A DNA stretch of 64,000 bases from Acidobacteriota bacterium. GTDB taxonomy: Bacteria > Acidobacteriota > UBA890 > WLXD01. Position numbers and translations under genes: made by a program. The stretch is from the NCBI GenBank assembly GCA_965248695.1, contig CBDFKD010000002.1, forward strand, positions 5,088,001-5,152,000. The letters are read 5' to 3'. This document shows, in pieces, positions 9,589-19,253 of the stretch; within the stretch, counting starts at the first letter, position 1, and each line of letters opens with the position of its first letter. Below the pieces are notes generated by a model. That model was not told where the DNA came from. It saw nothing but the letters and a program-made list of their open reading frames with translations, and made no database searches.

Positions 9589-11544
9589 TCAGTCAGCCTC
9601 TACAGGCCACTCCCGCAGACAACGGGCTTCGACGTCGGCAACCGTACGTTCGATGAATTCGGTCGACGTCATGGCGCCGAGGTTGCCGGCGACGCGGTGT
9701 CGAACGGCGACCTGCCCGCCCTCGGCCTCACGGTCGCCGACGACCAACATGAACGGGATTTTCTGCAACTGCGCGTCGCGTATCTTGGCGCCCATCTTCT
9801 CGGAGCGTCCATCGACGTCGATGCGCAACCCGCCGGCGCGCGCTTCTTCCGCGATCTGTTCCGCGTAGTCGATGTGCCGGTCGGCAATCGGGATCACCGT
9901 TGCCTGTACCGGGGCCAGCCATAGAGGAAAGGCGCCGGCGTAGTGCTCTACCAACATGCCGAAGAAGCGCTCGAACGACCCGAGCAACGCGCGGTGGATC
10001 ATGATCACCCGATGCTCGCGTGAGTCGTTGCCGATGTAGCCGATGTCGAATCGTTCCGGGAGCGTGAAGTCGAACTGCACCGTTGAGCACTGCCATTTGC
10101 GGCCGATCGCGTCGGTTACCTGGACGTCGATCTTGGGTCCGTAGAAAACGGCCTCGCCCTCCATGCGCTCGTAGTCGAACCCCTCGGCCTCGAGGGCCCG
10201 GGCGAGGGCGGCCTCGGCGCGCTCCCAGTCGGTGTCGGAGCCGGCGTACTTCTCGGTGTTCTCAGGGTCTCGAACCGAAAGCTCGACGGCGTACTCATCG
10301 AAGCCGAAAGTGGCGAGAAGGTCGCGCATGAACTGCAACGCGCCGAGAATCTCGTCGTCGATTTGGTCGGGAGTACAGAACAGGTGGGCGTCGTCCTGAG
10401 TGAAGCCGCGAACCCGCAGCATCCCGTGCAGCACTCCGGAGCGCTCGTAACGATAGACCGTACCGAACTCGGCCATGCGAATCGGCAGCTCGCGGTAGGA
10501 GCGCCCGCGGTTCTGGTACACGAGGATATGGCCAGGGCAGTTCATCGGCTTGAGGACGTACTCTTGCTCATCGATCTCGAGCGAGTACATGTTCTCCCGG
10601 TAATAGTCCCAGTGGCCGGATTTTTCCCAGAGCTTCTTGTGCGCGATGTGCGGCGTATAGACCAGGTCGTAGCCACGGCGCAGGTGCTCGGCACGCAGGT
10701 AATCCTCGATGAGGCTGCGAATCAGCGCCCCCTTCGGATGCCAGAAGACCACCCCTGGTCCTGCGGATTCGTCGATGTGATACAGGTCGAGGTCGGTGCC
10801 CAGTCGGCGATGGTCACGCCGGCGAATCTCCTCGAGCTGCTCGAGACGTTCCTGGAGCGCCTCATCCGAGAAGAACGCAGTGGCGTAGATGCGCTGCATC
10901 ATCGGCGCGTCATCACGACCGCGCCAATGGGCGGCGGCGGAGTGCAACACTTTCACGGACGGAATGCGCGCCGTCGACGGTAAGTGCGGGCCGGTGCAGA
11001 AGTCGACGAACTCACCTTGCTGGTAGCACGAGACCGAGTCGCCGCCCTTGTCGCGGATGAGCTCACACTTCAGCGGCTCGCCCTTGCCCTCGAATAGCTC
11101 CAACGCCTCCTGCTTCGGCATCTCGAGGCGTTGCATCGGCTGATCGTCGGCAATCAGCTGTTGCATGCGGGCCTCGATCTTCTCGAGGTCTTCCGGGGTG
11201 AACGGCTGCTCGCGCAAGAAGTCGTAGTAGAAGCCATCCGCGGTGGGCGGCCCGATGCCGACCTGTGTGTCTTCGAACAACTGCTGCACGGCCTGCGCCA
11301 TGACGTGAGATGCCGTGTGCCGCGTCATCTCGAGCGCCGCTGCAGGCGTGGCGTCGACGGTGATGAGCTCGAGATCACCGGAGTCGTCGAGCGCCATCTG
11401 GAAGTCCAGCGCCCGCTCGCCGAGGCGCACGCCGATACCGGCTTTGAGCCAGTCAGGCGCGACCTCTTCGAGAAGCTCGCCAACGCGAGCACCGTGATCG
11501 ACGTCATGCGTCTCGCCGCCGATCCCGATCTGTAACCGACTCAT
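9589..11544 (-). CDS. thrS: Threonine-tRNA ligase
   Basis: RHTASHVMAQA, DFCTGPH, KPMNCPGH, RVRGFTQDDAH, FYGPKID motifs; start placed at MSRLQIG (11544) because the longer ORF runs through the tRNA. Confidence 0.96.
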   Translation of the reverse strand: MSRLQIGIGGETHDVDHGARVGELLEEVAPDWLKAGIGVRLGERALDFQMALDDSGDLELITVDATPAAALEMTRHTASHVMAQAVQQLFEDTQVGIGPPTADGFYYDFLREQPFTPEDLEKIEARMQQLIADDQPMQRLEMPKQEALELFEGKGEPLKCELIRDKGGDSVSCYQQGEFVDFCTGPHLPSTARIPSVKVLHSAAAHWRGRDDAPMMQRIYATAFFSDEALQERLEQLEEIRRRDHRRLGTDLDLYHIDESAGPGVVFWHPKGALIRSLIEDYLRAEHLRRGYDLVYTPHIAHKKLWEKSGHWDYYRENMYSLEIDEQEYVLKPMNCPGHILVYQNRGRSYRELPIRMAEFGTVYRYERSGVLHGMLRVRGFTQDDAHLFCTPDQIDDEILGALQFMRDLLATFGFDEYAVELSVRDPENTEKYAGSDTDWERAEAALARALEAEGFDYERMEGEAVFYGPKIDVQVTDAIGRKWQCSTVQFDFTLPERFDIGYIGNDSREHRVIMIHRALLGSFERFFGMLVEHYAGAFPLWLAPVQATVIPIADRHIDYAEQIAEEARAGGLRIDVDGRSEKMGAKIRDAQLQKIPFMLVVGDREAEGGQVAVRHRVAGNLGAMTSTEFIERTVADVEARCLREWPVEAD

Positions 11545-11597
11545 CGATGTGCTCGCACGTGTCCTGTGACCACGAAAATGGAATGCAATAAAGGGAG

Positions 11598-11670
11598 TAG
11601 GCGCGGCCGGGCTCGAACCGACGACCTCTTCCGCGTCAGGGAAGCGCTCTCCCAACTGAGCTACGCGCCT
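11598..11670 (-). tRNA. tRNA-Val (GAC), CCA not encoded
   Basis: AGGCGCG acceptor stem, TAGCTCAGTTGGGAGAGC D arm, CTTCC-CTGACGC-GGAAG anticodon arm, GGTTCGAGCCC T arm. Confidence 0.96.
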
Positions 11671-11733
11671 GCGCTAAGACAACGCGGCTCTCGGCTTGCT
11701 ACCTCCGTGCACGAGAGCCGCGGCAAGGCCGCA

Positions 11734-11763
11734 ACTATAGCAGCGGTGCGCGAAAACGGTCAA
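11734..11763 (-). promoter_or_regulatory. Putative sigma70 promoter for the tRNA-Val/thrS operon
   Basis: Minus strand TTGACC-18 nt-TATAGT with extended TG, about 60 nt upstream of the tRNA. Confidence 0.6.
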
Positions 11764-12452
11764 CGCGACAGTCCGATGCCCAGATCGTGTTTCGGACCGG
11801 TAAGAAACGCGACGACCACCGCCATCAGAACGTCGCCCGGCAGGTGCGTCACGTAGCCGTAGAACAGCAGATCACCGGTTGCCAATGCGGCGCCGTCCGA
11901 GAACCGTTGACTTACCGCCGTCCATGCCAGCCCTATGCAGTAGTAGGGCGCCAGACAGGCGCTGAGGGCGAGGACGCGTGCCGGCTTGGCGACCAGCCGT
12001 AGGGCGTAGAAGAACGCGATCACGATTGCCAGGACCAGCACGGCGTTGAAATAGGGCTTCAGCTGCTGCCCGATCCAAGGTTCTTGCCAGGCGTTGGCGG
12101 TAGCCGCGGCCACCAGCCCCATGACGACCAGGATCGCGTTGACTATCCGGCGACCGGATCGGCCTGCGTTGTCTGCGGCCAGGCGGCCCGCCGCCACGGC
12201 GGCGGCGATCCGACCGGCCATGTAGCCCCAGTGGGCGAAACCTCCGACCAGCCCGACCAGGCTCAGCGCGACCAGCAGCGCACACGCTATTGCCTGCGAG
12301 CGCAACGCCCCCGAGGCGCCGAGCATGCATCCAGCCAGGAGCGCTGCCCCGGTGGAGAACGTGTATGCCCCCACGGTGAGCTCGTAGCCCAATGGGTAGA
12401 CGGCGACGGTGAGGAGCACCCAGGCCCAGACAGGCCAGTCGCGTGGGCTCAC
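11760..12452 (-). CDS. Membrane protein, divergent BioY-like (ECF S-component)
   Basis: Multiple TM segments; LLAGCMLG, WGYMAG, YYCIGLAW and HLPGDVL echo the BioY motifs LLAGxxLG, GGYLxG, IYxxGxxW, FLPGD. Confidence 0.55.
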   Translation of the reverse strand: MSPRDWPVWAWVLLTVAVYPLGYELTVGAYTFSTGAALLAGCMLGASGALRSQAIACALLVALSLVGLVGGFAHWGYMAGRIAAAVAAGRLAADNAGRSGRRIVNAILVVMGLVAAATANAWQEPWIGQQLKPYFNAVLVLAIVIAFFYALRLVAKPARVLALSACLAPYYCIGLAWTAVSQRFSDGAALATGDLLFYGYVTHLPGDVLMAVVVAFLTGPKHDLGIGLSR

Positions 12453-12456
12453 CGGC

Positions 12457-13308
12457 TCAGCGGCCGGCAGAAATGCTTCGTGCTTGCGGAGCGTGGTCGT
12501 CGACCACGGTCAGCCGACGACGCTCCTCGTGATGCTTGGGCAAGCCGAAATAACCGACCCGTGAGGCGGCACGCCGGATGATCTCCCGCGTCAGTGATCG
12601 GAAGTCCGCAGCCGCCCGCGTAGCGGGGGCGTACCGGGTGATCGGATCCTGCGCGTCGGTCGATTCTGCAACTTGGACGCAGTCGTTTACTATCGTGTCG
12701 AACACCAGATCGCCGTACGTCGAGCGCAGGGTATCGAGGACCTGTCGAGCCAGGCGGGTGCGGACGTCGAAAGCATTGGCGAACACCCCGATCAAGTCGA
12801 GGCTGGGGTTGGCGCCGCGGTCGCGCAGGTCGCGCACCAGATCGAGAACGCGCTGTATGCCCTGATAGGCCATTGCGCCGGACTGTACGGGGCAAAGGAT
12901 ATGCTGTGACGCGACGTAGGCGTTGAGCAGCACCACTCCGTTGCCCGGCGGGCAGTCGATGATGGCGTAGTCGCACGTTTCTGGTAGTCGCGCTAGCAGC
13001 ACGCGCTCGCCGGCCAGGTTACGCCGGTTGATCTCGTCCAGCGACGGGGACGACGCCACGCCCCAAATCCCCGGAATCCGGGTACGGACGGCAGCCGTTC
13101 CGATCGTTGCCTGACCCCGCAGCACGTCTGCCAGCGTGTGGCGCGCACCGAGGGATCGCAGATCGAGGCATTCCGTCAGGCTTCCCTGCGAGTCGCCATC
13201 GATGAGCAGCACCGTGTGGCCGAGCTCGGCCAGCACGGCAGCCAGATTGAACGTCGTCGTCGTCTTGCCGACGCCGCCTTTGATGTTGCTAACAGCGATA
13301 GTGCGCAT
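12457..13308 (-). CDS. ParA/Soj-family ATPase (no adjacent parB)
   Basis: Deviant Walker A KGGVGKTT, IDGDSQG and IIDCPP motifs. Confidence 0.9.
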   Translation of the reverse strand: MRTIAVSNIKGGVGKTTTTFNLAAVLAELGHTVLLIDGDSQGSLTECLDLRSLGARHTLADVLRGQATIGTAAVRTRIPGIWGVASSPSLDEINRRNLAGERVLLARLPETCDYAIIDCPPGNGVVLLNAYVASQHILCPVQSGAMAYQGIQRVLDLVRDLRDRGANPSLDLIGVFANAFDVRTRLARQVLDTLRSTYGDLVFDTIVNDCVQVAESTDAQDPITRYAPATRAAADFRSLTREIIRRAASRVGYFGLPKHHEERRRLTVVDDHAPQARSISAGR

Positions 13309-13546
13309 CGATTCCCGGGGTGAACAATGCTCGCCGAGGGAGCGTAGATGGGGCGAACACCGGGGTCAAGAGGGTTCTATTCGCTCGGCGCGATTGGATG
13401 GTCGGCGGCGGACTGCGTCGACGTACGGTCGCGGCTCCCTCGCTGACGAGAATCAGGTGCCCGGCCTATACTTTGCTCTTGCCGGAGCCCCGGGTCGCCG
13501 GAGATCGAGCCCGGCGTCAAGCGCGCGAGCCGCAGGAGCCGAGACA

Positions 13547-15469
13547 ATGTCCACACGAGTCCGGGCAACGGTCGTCCTCACCCTCGTCGTCGCCGCTCTC
13601 ACCCCGTCCGCGGCTGCTCAGGAGGGCAACTGGCCCGGCTGGCGAGGCGACGGAACCGGTGTCTCGCGCGAAATCGACCTTCCAATCGAATGGGATGCAG
13701 AACAGGGGATCGCGTGGAAGAAGCCGCTATCCGGAGCCGGGCACTCCTCGCCGGTTGTCTGGGACGGTCGGCTGCTGGTCACAACGGCCTACGAGCGTAC
13801 CGACTCCCTTTTCACCAAATCTCTGCTGGTCTGGGTGAGTGCGCTGATTGGGCTGGTGGTGCTCCTCGCAATGCTGATGTGCGGGTGGCGAGAAATCAGG
13901 TCCCAGGATCCGGAGGCACGGCCGGGACCGTCTTGGATGGGGTACGTGGTCCGGCTCGAGACAGCGGCGGTGTTGATGGTGGGGCTGTACTTCTTGTGGC
14001 AATTGGCCAACCTGCTACTGAGGACGAGCCTCGAGTTCAACGTCGAGAGCCCGCATCTCACTTGGATCCTCAGTGCCGAGGTTCTCGTGTGGGGGCTCAT
14101 CGCCGCTGTGGGCTTGTTGCGGGCGGGCAGCTGGTCCCGTCTCCTGGCAACGGGGCTCCTGGCCGCCGCCACGCTGGCGTTCCATTCCAATCAGCCGCGT
14201 GGCCTCGCCAATCTGGCGGTGCCGACCGAGTGGCAGATGAACGTACTGCGCCCGGCAGTGATCGCGGTGGGCTGGTTCCTGCTTTTCTGGATTTTCGTGC
14301 GTCTGGTTGGCCACGTGCGCCGCGCCGCCGCGCCGCTGGTTGTCGCCACCGCTGGCGGACTCGCCGGTCTCGCGATGCTCAGCTTCGTGTTCTTCAACTT
14401 CGTCGAAGCCAGGGTCGGGCTCTGGCGCGCGGTGACAGCGCTCGATGCGGTCACCGGCGAGGAGATCTGGAGGCAGGGGGTGCCGGCGCCTTCGGGGCGA
14501 AAGTACCCGACGAACTCCTATGCATCGCCGACACCGGCAACGGACGGCCGATACGTGGTCGTCAACTACGGCCCGGTGTTGGTAACGATGGACTTCGACG
14601 GCAACATCCTCTGGGAGCGTAGGGAGCCGTTGTATATGCAATATCTACGGCACGGCGCGTCCATATCTCCGGTGATCCACGGCGACAGTGTTCTGTTCGC
14701 GTATCTGCCGGAGACGCGCGAAGCCGGCATGGAGGAGGCCACCACCGATACCTCGTTCGAGTCCCTCTCATACGTCGTCGCCCTGGACCTGGCCACGGGG
14801 GCAGAACGCTGGCGCGTCGACGGCATGGCCGGCGGCCGCGACGCCTTCGGCACTCCCTTGCTGGTGCCGACGTCGGAGGGTACATCGGTATTGCTGAGCG
14901 TCAACGACCACATGCACGCCTACGATGCCGATTCCGGAGAACACCTCTGGTCGGTCGAGACGCCCCTGCACGTGCCCGTGCCGAGCGTGGTGGCGAACGC
15001 CGACACGGCGTTCATGTCGGGTGGTTTGTACGGCCCCGCAGTGATTGCCGCCGTGGCGTTGACTGAGGACGCTGAAGGCGATCCGGATCGCGCCGCTACC
15101 CCCAAACGCCGGAAGTTTCGCTGGAAGGTTACGCGGGGCACCCCCGACGTATCATCGCCGATCATCTACGACGGCCTTATCTACTGGGTCACGCAGAATG
15201 GCCGCATGTTCTGCGCCGACCCGGCAACCGGCGAGATCATCTGGCGGCAGCGGCTCGGTAGCCAGTACTCGGCGTCGCCGGTGGCAGGAGACGGCAAGCT
15301 CTATATCGCCGGCGCCGACGGATCCGTCGCCGTCCTCGAGGCCGGCCGCGAGTACCGGGAGATCGCCAGGAACCAGCTCGACGAGGTGATCTACGCATCG
15401 CCAGCGATCGCCAGCGGGCGCATCTATATCCGTGGCCACGAGCACCTGTTTGCCGTCGATGGCAACTGA
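13547..15469 (+). CDS. PQQ-like/BamB-type beta-propeller protein with an internal multi-TM insertion
   Basis: Signal peptide, NWPGWRG, HSSPVVW, NSYASPTP, ASPV/ASPA blade repeats; ~210-aa hydrophobic insert; AGGAG before ATG 13547. Confidence 0.85.
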   Translation: MSTRVRATVVLTLVVAALTPSAAAQEGNWPGWRGDGTGVSREIDLPIEWDAEQGIAWKKPLSGAGHSSPVVWDGRLLVTTAYERTDSLFTKSLLVWVSALIGLVVLLAMLMCGWREIRSQDPEARPGPSWMGYVVRLETAAVLMVGLYFLWQLANLLLRTSLEFNVESPHLTWILSAEVLVWGLIAAVGLLRAGSWSRLLATGLLAAATLAFHSNQPRGLANLAVPTEWQMNVLRPAVIAVGWFLLFWIFVRLVGHVRRAAAPLVVATAGGLAGLAMLSFVFFNFVEARVGLWRAVTALDAVTGEEIWRQGVPAPSGRKYPTNSYASPTPATDGRYVVVNYGPVLVTMDFDGNILWERREPLYMQYLRHGASISPVIHGDSVLFAYLPETREAGMEEATTDTSFESLSYVVALDLATGAERWRVDGMAGGRDAFGTPLLVPTSEGTSVLLSVNDHMHAYDADSGEHLWSVETPLHVPVPSVVANADTAFMSGGLYGPAVIAAVALTEDAEGDPDRAATPKRRKFRWKVTRGTPDVSSPIIYDGLIYWVTQNGRMFCADPATGEIIWRQRLGSQYSASPVAGDGKLYIAGADGSVAVLEAGREYREIARNQLDEVIYASPAIASGRIYIRGHEHLFAVDGN

Positions 15470-16127
15470 GACGCGCGCCGGCCCCTACACGCTGTTCCAC
15501 GGCAACAAGAATTATTCCTCGTGGTCGATGCGCGCCTGGTTGGCGCTGCGGCAGTCGGGATGCGACTTCGACGAGGTGGCGTTTCATCTGAGTTCCGAGG
15601 GCGTTCGAGACCGGATCGTCGAGCACTCTCCGTCCGCCAAGGTGCCCGCCCTGCGCCACGGTGACCTGACCATCTGGGACTCGCTGGCGATCACGGAGTA
15701 CCTGGCGGAGCGATTCCCGCACGCCGGGCTGTGGCCGTCGAAGGCGACCGATCGGGCGCGGGCCAGGTCAGTGGCCGCGGAGATGCACTCCGGCTTCGTC
15801 GCCTTGCGGGCTGCGATGCCGTTCAATTCCCGCCGTTCGAGCCCGGGCGTCGGCAGGCAACCGGGCGTTGCCGAGGACATCGGGCGGATCGCGGATATCT
15901 GGCGCCAGTGCCGCCAGCTGATGAAGGAAGGTGAGTTTCTTTTCGGTACCTACTCGGCGGCCGACATGAGCTTCGCGCCCGTAGTGAGCCGCTTCCGCAC
16001 CTACGCCGTCGATCTGGACGACATCTGTAGCCGATATGCGACGGCCGTTTGGGAGCATCCCCACGTCGTCGAATGGTGCGCCGCTGCAGCACGCGAAGAG
16101 TGGGTGGAGCCCGATCTCGACCTTTGA
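15459..16127 (+). CDS. Glutathione S-transferase family protein
   Basis: GNKNYSSWSMRAW, KVPAL, IWDSLAITEYLAE, AEMHSGF motifs. Confidence 0.92.
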   Translation: MATETRAGPYTLFHGNKNYSSWSMRAWLALRQSGCDFDEVAFHLSSEGVRDRIVEHSPSAKVPALRHGDLTIWDSLAITEYLAERFPHAGLWPSKATDRARARSVAAEMHSGFVALRAAMPFNSRRSSPGVGRQPGVAEDIGRIADIWRQCRQLMKEGEFLFGTYSAADMSFAPVVSRFRTYAVDLDDICSRYATAVWEHPHVVEWCAAAAREEWVEPDLDL

Positions 16128-16132
16128 GGCCA

Positions 16133-19027
16133 CTAGGGGACCGAGCCCCGATCCCAGGCACCGTGCTGCTTCTCGAGAAAAGGCACGCCCTCCACCATCC
16201 AGGCCGGTGCCGGCGAACCCGTCAGATGGTGATCGAAGAACTCCAGCATGCGGACGGCCAGGTCGCGACGGTTCGCCAGATTTGCGAGGCTGTGTCCCTC
16301 GTCGGGATACGACAGCAGGATGACGTTCTTGTTGTTAAACCGCAGGCCGTTGTAGAGCTGGATCGCCTCCATGATCCCGACCACTCCGTCGGCGGTGCCG
16401 TGCATGAGTAGCAGCGGCATGTCCATGGCGCGGACATGGTTGGTCGGGGACTCCCGCCAGTAGAGCTCTCGATCGTCATAGGGGTTGGTGCCCAAGCGCC
16501 CCTGCTGGTAGTAGTCGTAGCGATGCGCATTCTCGCCGGTGCCGTTCATGTTCGTCGGGGTCCAGCCCCACATGTGGTTGAAGTCGGCGAGCAGATCGGT
16601 CGCGGCCGCACCGGCCGCGATGGCGGCGAACAACTTCGAGGTGCCGGCGATGTAGGCGGACCCCTGGCCGCTGAAGCTGTGTCCGAGCAGACCGATCCGG
16701 TCGGGGTCCGCATATCCCATCTCGATGACCTCGCGGGTCGCCGCCTCGACACACTCGAGCATGTCGGCGTGGGTGTTGCCGGTGCGGAAATGGATGTCGG
16801 GCTGCATCACCAGGTATCCCTTGCTCACCGCCTCGATCAACGGCGCCCCGAACCCGGTGACGTATCGCGGGGGAACGTGGCGATGGAGGTTCTGGGAGTT
16901 CTTCTCGTAGAAATTCACCAGCATGGGCCGTCGCTCGCCGGCGACGTAGTCATCGGGAATGGCGAGGGTTCCCTGCAACCGGACCCCGTCTGCGTTGGTG
17001 TAGTCGAACAGGAGCCGCCGGCCCCAGCGGTACTCTGACTGCCACGGGTTGGCATCGGTGATCCTCTCCAGGTCGGCGAAGCTGCCGTCGCTGGCGTACA
17101 GATCGGGAAACTCCTGGAACGTTTCACGGGACACCAGATATATGTCAGTGCTCCGTGCTTTCAGCGGTCGGCCGAAGCGTCGGTCGTCAAACACCAGCTC
17201 CCGCAGCTCACCGTCGGAGAGTCGAAAGAAGCCCGCCTGCTTCGACCACTGCCCGTACGCGGACAGCAGGAGCGGCTTGCGGAGGTCGACGGTCAGCGCA
17301 CTGTCGTCCGTGCGGACATGGCGGAACCGGATCTCCCGAGCGTCGCCCTGGCCGCCGGTGAGGTTGACCGCCGGGGCGCCGTCGAGTGGTTGCTGCCAGA
17401 GATCGTAGCGGTGATTGAGCAGCACCGAGGAACCGTCCTCGGTCCAGCCGGCGACCCCGTACGGTGGCGGAGTGTCGGGGTAGTCGTGCTCCTGGTTGAC
17501 GAAGCTCACCGGCGCACTGACGGTGAGGTTCCGCGTTCGCCCCGAATCGAGCTCGTAGAGCCACAGATGTGCGTCGTTCCAGTACAGGAAATAACGACCG
17601 TCAGGCGACAGCCCAAGGGTCAGCTTGTGCCCCCGCAACATCAGCGTGCGATCGCCCGTTCCTGTGTCGACGCGATAGTAGTCGGCTTGCCGCTCTTTCC
17701 AGTCCGAGACGTAGGCGCGGTCGTCGACGCCTACCCCCCATCTGCCGTCACGGCTGATGGTGATGCGGCGCATGGTCTCGTCGGTGAGAGCAATGACGCG
17801 TTCGCCATCGAGGGCCACGGCGGCGCGGTAGGTGAAGTCACGATCCCGTTGCGCCTGCATCATCTGTACCGACTGGATGCGCTCGTCCTGCACGTGCCAG
17901 ACATCGACGTTGGCAACTCGATCGGGATGCTCCGGTTCCTCGACCACGTCCTCCTGCTCGTCGAGCCCGAAGAACACCCGTCCGAGGTCGGCACTCCATG
18001 CGATCGCCGCCCGCTCGCTGATCACCATTCCGTCCGGGAAAGAGTCGATGAACGTCGGATCCAGCTCCGAAACGATCGGGGAACCGCCGTGATCGGTGGA
18101 GGCTTCGAGCTGGCGTACGGCTAGCAGAATGTTGTGACGCTGGGCGTGGCCGTCGGGCTTGTTGCCCTTGAGCACTGCCAACGCGCTTCCGTCGATGTTC
18201 CAGGTGAGCCTGGCATAGGTGCGTGCATCGTTATCGAGCGGCGTCAGCACGCGGCTGTCGAGGGCGATCGCGTACAGCCCATTGCCGGCCTGATCGGCCG
18301 CGTCGACCGTATATGCGAGCCATTGAGCAGCGGCCTCCGATCGCGGCCCCTCTGCGTCGCCGGCACGCTGCCGGTTGAAGGCGAACTCGTTGACGCTCCC
18401 GATGAGCTGTTCAGTGCCGAGATCCAGGTCCCGGAGCACGAGATCCGCCCCCTGGTGGTCGGCATCACGGTCGGTCGGCACCTTCTTGACAGCCAGAAAC
18501 CCGGAGCCGACAGCAAACTGGAAGTCCCGGGCGTTCGACCAGGTGACGCGTTCGCCGGACGCGAGATTCAATAGCTGCACCTGACGGGGTCTCGTGGCCT
18601 GTCGGCGTCTCGGCTGGCTGGGTTGTTCGTGCGCCGGGTCCACGAAGTAAGCAGCCCAGCGCGAGTCGTCGGAGAACTGTGCCGACGAGCCCCGCTGTAC
18701 CTCGAACTCGGTGTCTTCGCCGAGCGCCTTCAGGTGCAAGGTCACGCCGGGGTCGAGGGTGTTCAGCTTGCGATAACCATAGGTCACCCACTTGCCATCG
18801 TCAGAGATCGCGGCGCCGGTGAGTCGACGCCAGCGCTCGTAATCATTGGAATCCAGGACTTTCTTGCCGGACCGCTCGAGGCCGGCATCCTGCGGTAGCG
18901 GTCTGGGTCCGGTAGTGGCCTCTAGCAGGGCTGTCTGCAGCGTGAGGGCGGCCACCAGAGCGAGCGTGATCGAGGCGGCGAGACCGCCGCGGAAGCTGAA
19001 GTATCGAGCGCCAGTAGCAATGTGCAT
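16133..19027 (-). CDS. Secreted S9-family (prolyl oligopeptidase-like) peptidase
   Basis: Propeller repeats plus catalytic GHSFSG, HGTAD and EGH. Confidence 0.9.
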   Translation of the reverse strand: MHIATGARYFSFRGGLAASITLALVAALTLQTALLEATTGPRPLPQDAGLERSGKKVLDSNDYERWRRLTGAAISDDGKWVTYGYRKLNTLDPGVTLHLKALGEDTEFEVQRGSSAQFSDDSRWAAYFVDPAHEQPSQPRRRQATRPRQVQLLNLASGERVTWSNARDFQFAVGSGFLAVKKVPTDRDADHQGADLVLRDLDLGTEQLIGSVNEFAFNRQRAGDAEGPRSEAAAQWLAYTVDAADQAGNGLYAIALDSRVLTPLDNDARTYARLTWNIDGSALAVLKGNKPDGHAQRHNILLAVRQLEASTDHGGSPIVSELDPTFIDSFPDGMVISERAAIAWSADLGRVFFGLDEQEDVVEEPEHPDRVANVDVWHVQDERIQSVQMMQAQRDRDFTYRAAVALDGERVIALTDETMRRITISRDGRWGVGVDDRAYVSDWKERQADYYRVDTGTGDRTLMLRGHKLTLGLSPDGRYFLYWNDAHLWLYELDSGRTRNLTVSAPVSFVNQEHDYPDTPPPYGVAGWTEDGSSVLLNHRYDLWQQPLDGAPAVNLTGGQGDAREIRFRHVRTDDSALTVDLRKPLLLSAYGQWSKQAGFFRLSDGELRELVFDDRRFGRPLKARSTDIYLVSRETFQEFPDLYASDGSFADLERITDANPWQSEYRWGRRLLFDYTNADGVRLQGTLAIPDDYVAGERRPMLVNFYEKNSQNLHRHVPPRYVTGFGAPLIEAVSKGYLVMQPDIHFRTGNTHADMLECVEAATREVIEMGYADPDRIGLLGHSFSGQGSAYIAGTSKLFAAIAAGAAATDLLADFNHMWGWTPTNMNGTGENAHRYDYYQQGRLGTNPYDDRELYWRESPTNHVRAMDMPLLLMHGTADGVVGIMEAIQLYNGLRFNNKNVILLSYPDEGHSLANLANRRDLAVRMLEFFDHHLTGSPAPAWMVEGVPFLEKQHGAWDRGSVP

Positions 19028-19253
19028 TTGACCAACATCCTCGGACGGGAGAAACGTCGACTGAACCGTCCGCAGGGTCCGTGGGCGTCAAACATCTGTC
19101 AAGAGCGCGACCCCGCCGTTTCGATGCTGTCGGCGATGGGGCGAAATGACCCGCGCCAGATTGCCTCGTATTTGGGCAGCGGGTACTCTCTGGCGCGATG
19201 CGAAGCGCTTGCCGTACCCGGCGAGCCTCCCTACAGCCCTCACCCTCTTTCGC

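Noticed and set aside
11545-11655. N-terminal extension of the thrS ORF
   Set aside because: It is a translation of the tRNA-Val sequence; the likely start is 11544
19030-19253. Riboswitch or sigma54 promoter upstream of soxB
   Set aside because: No glycine, THF or guanidine riboswitch consensus and no TGGCAC-N5-TTGC found by eye
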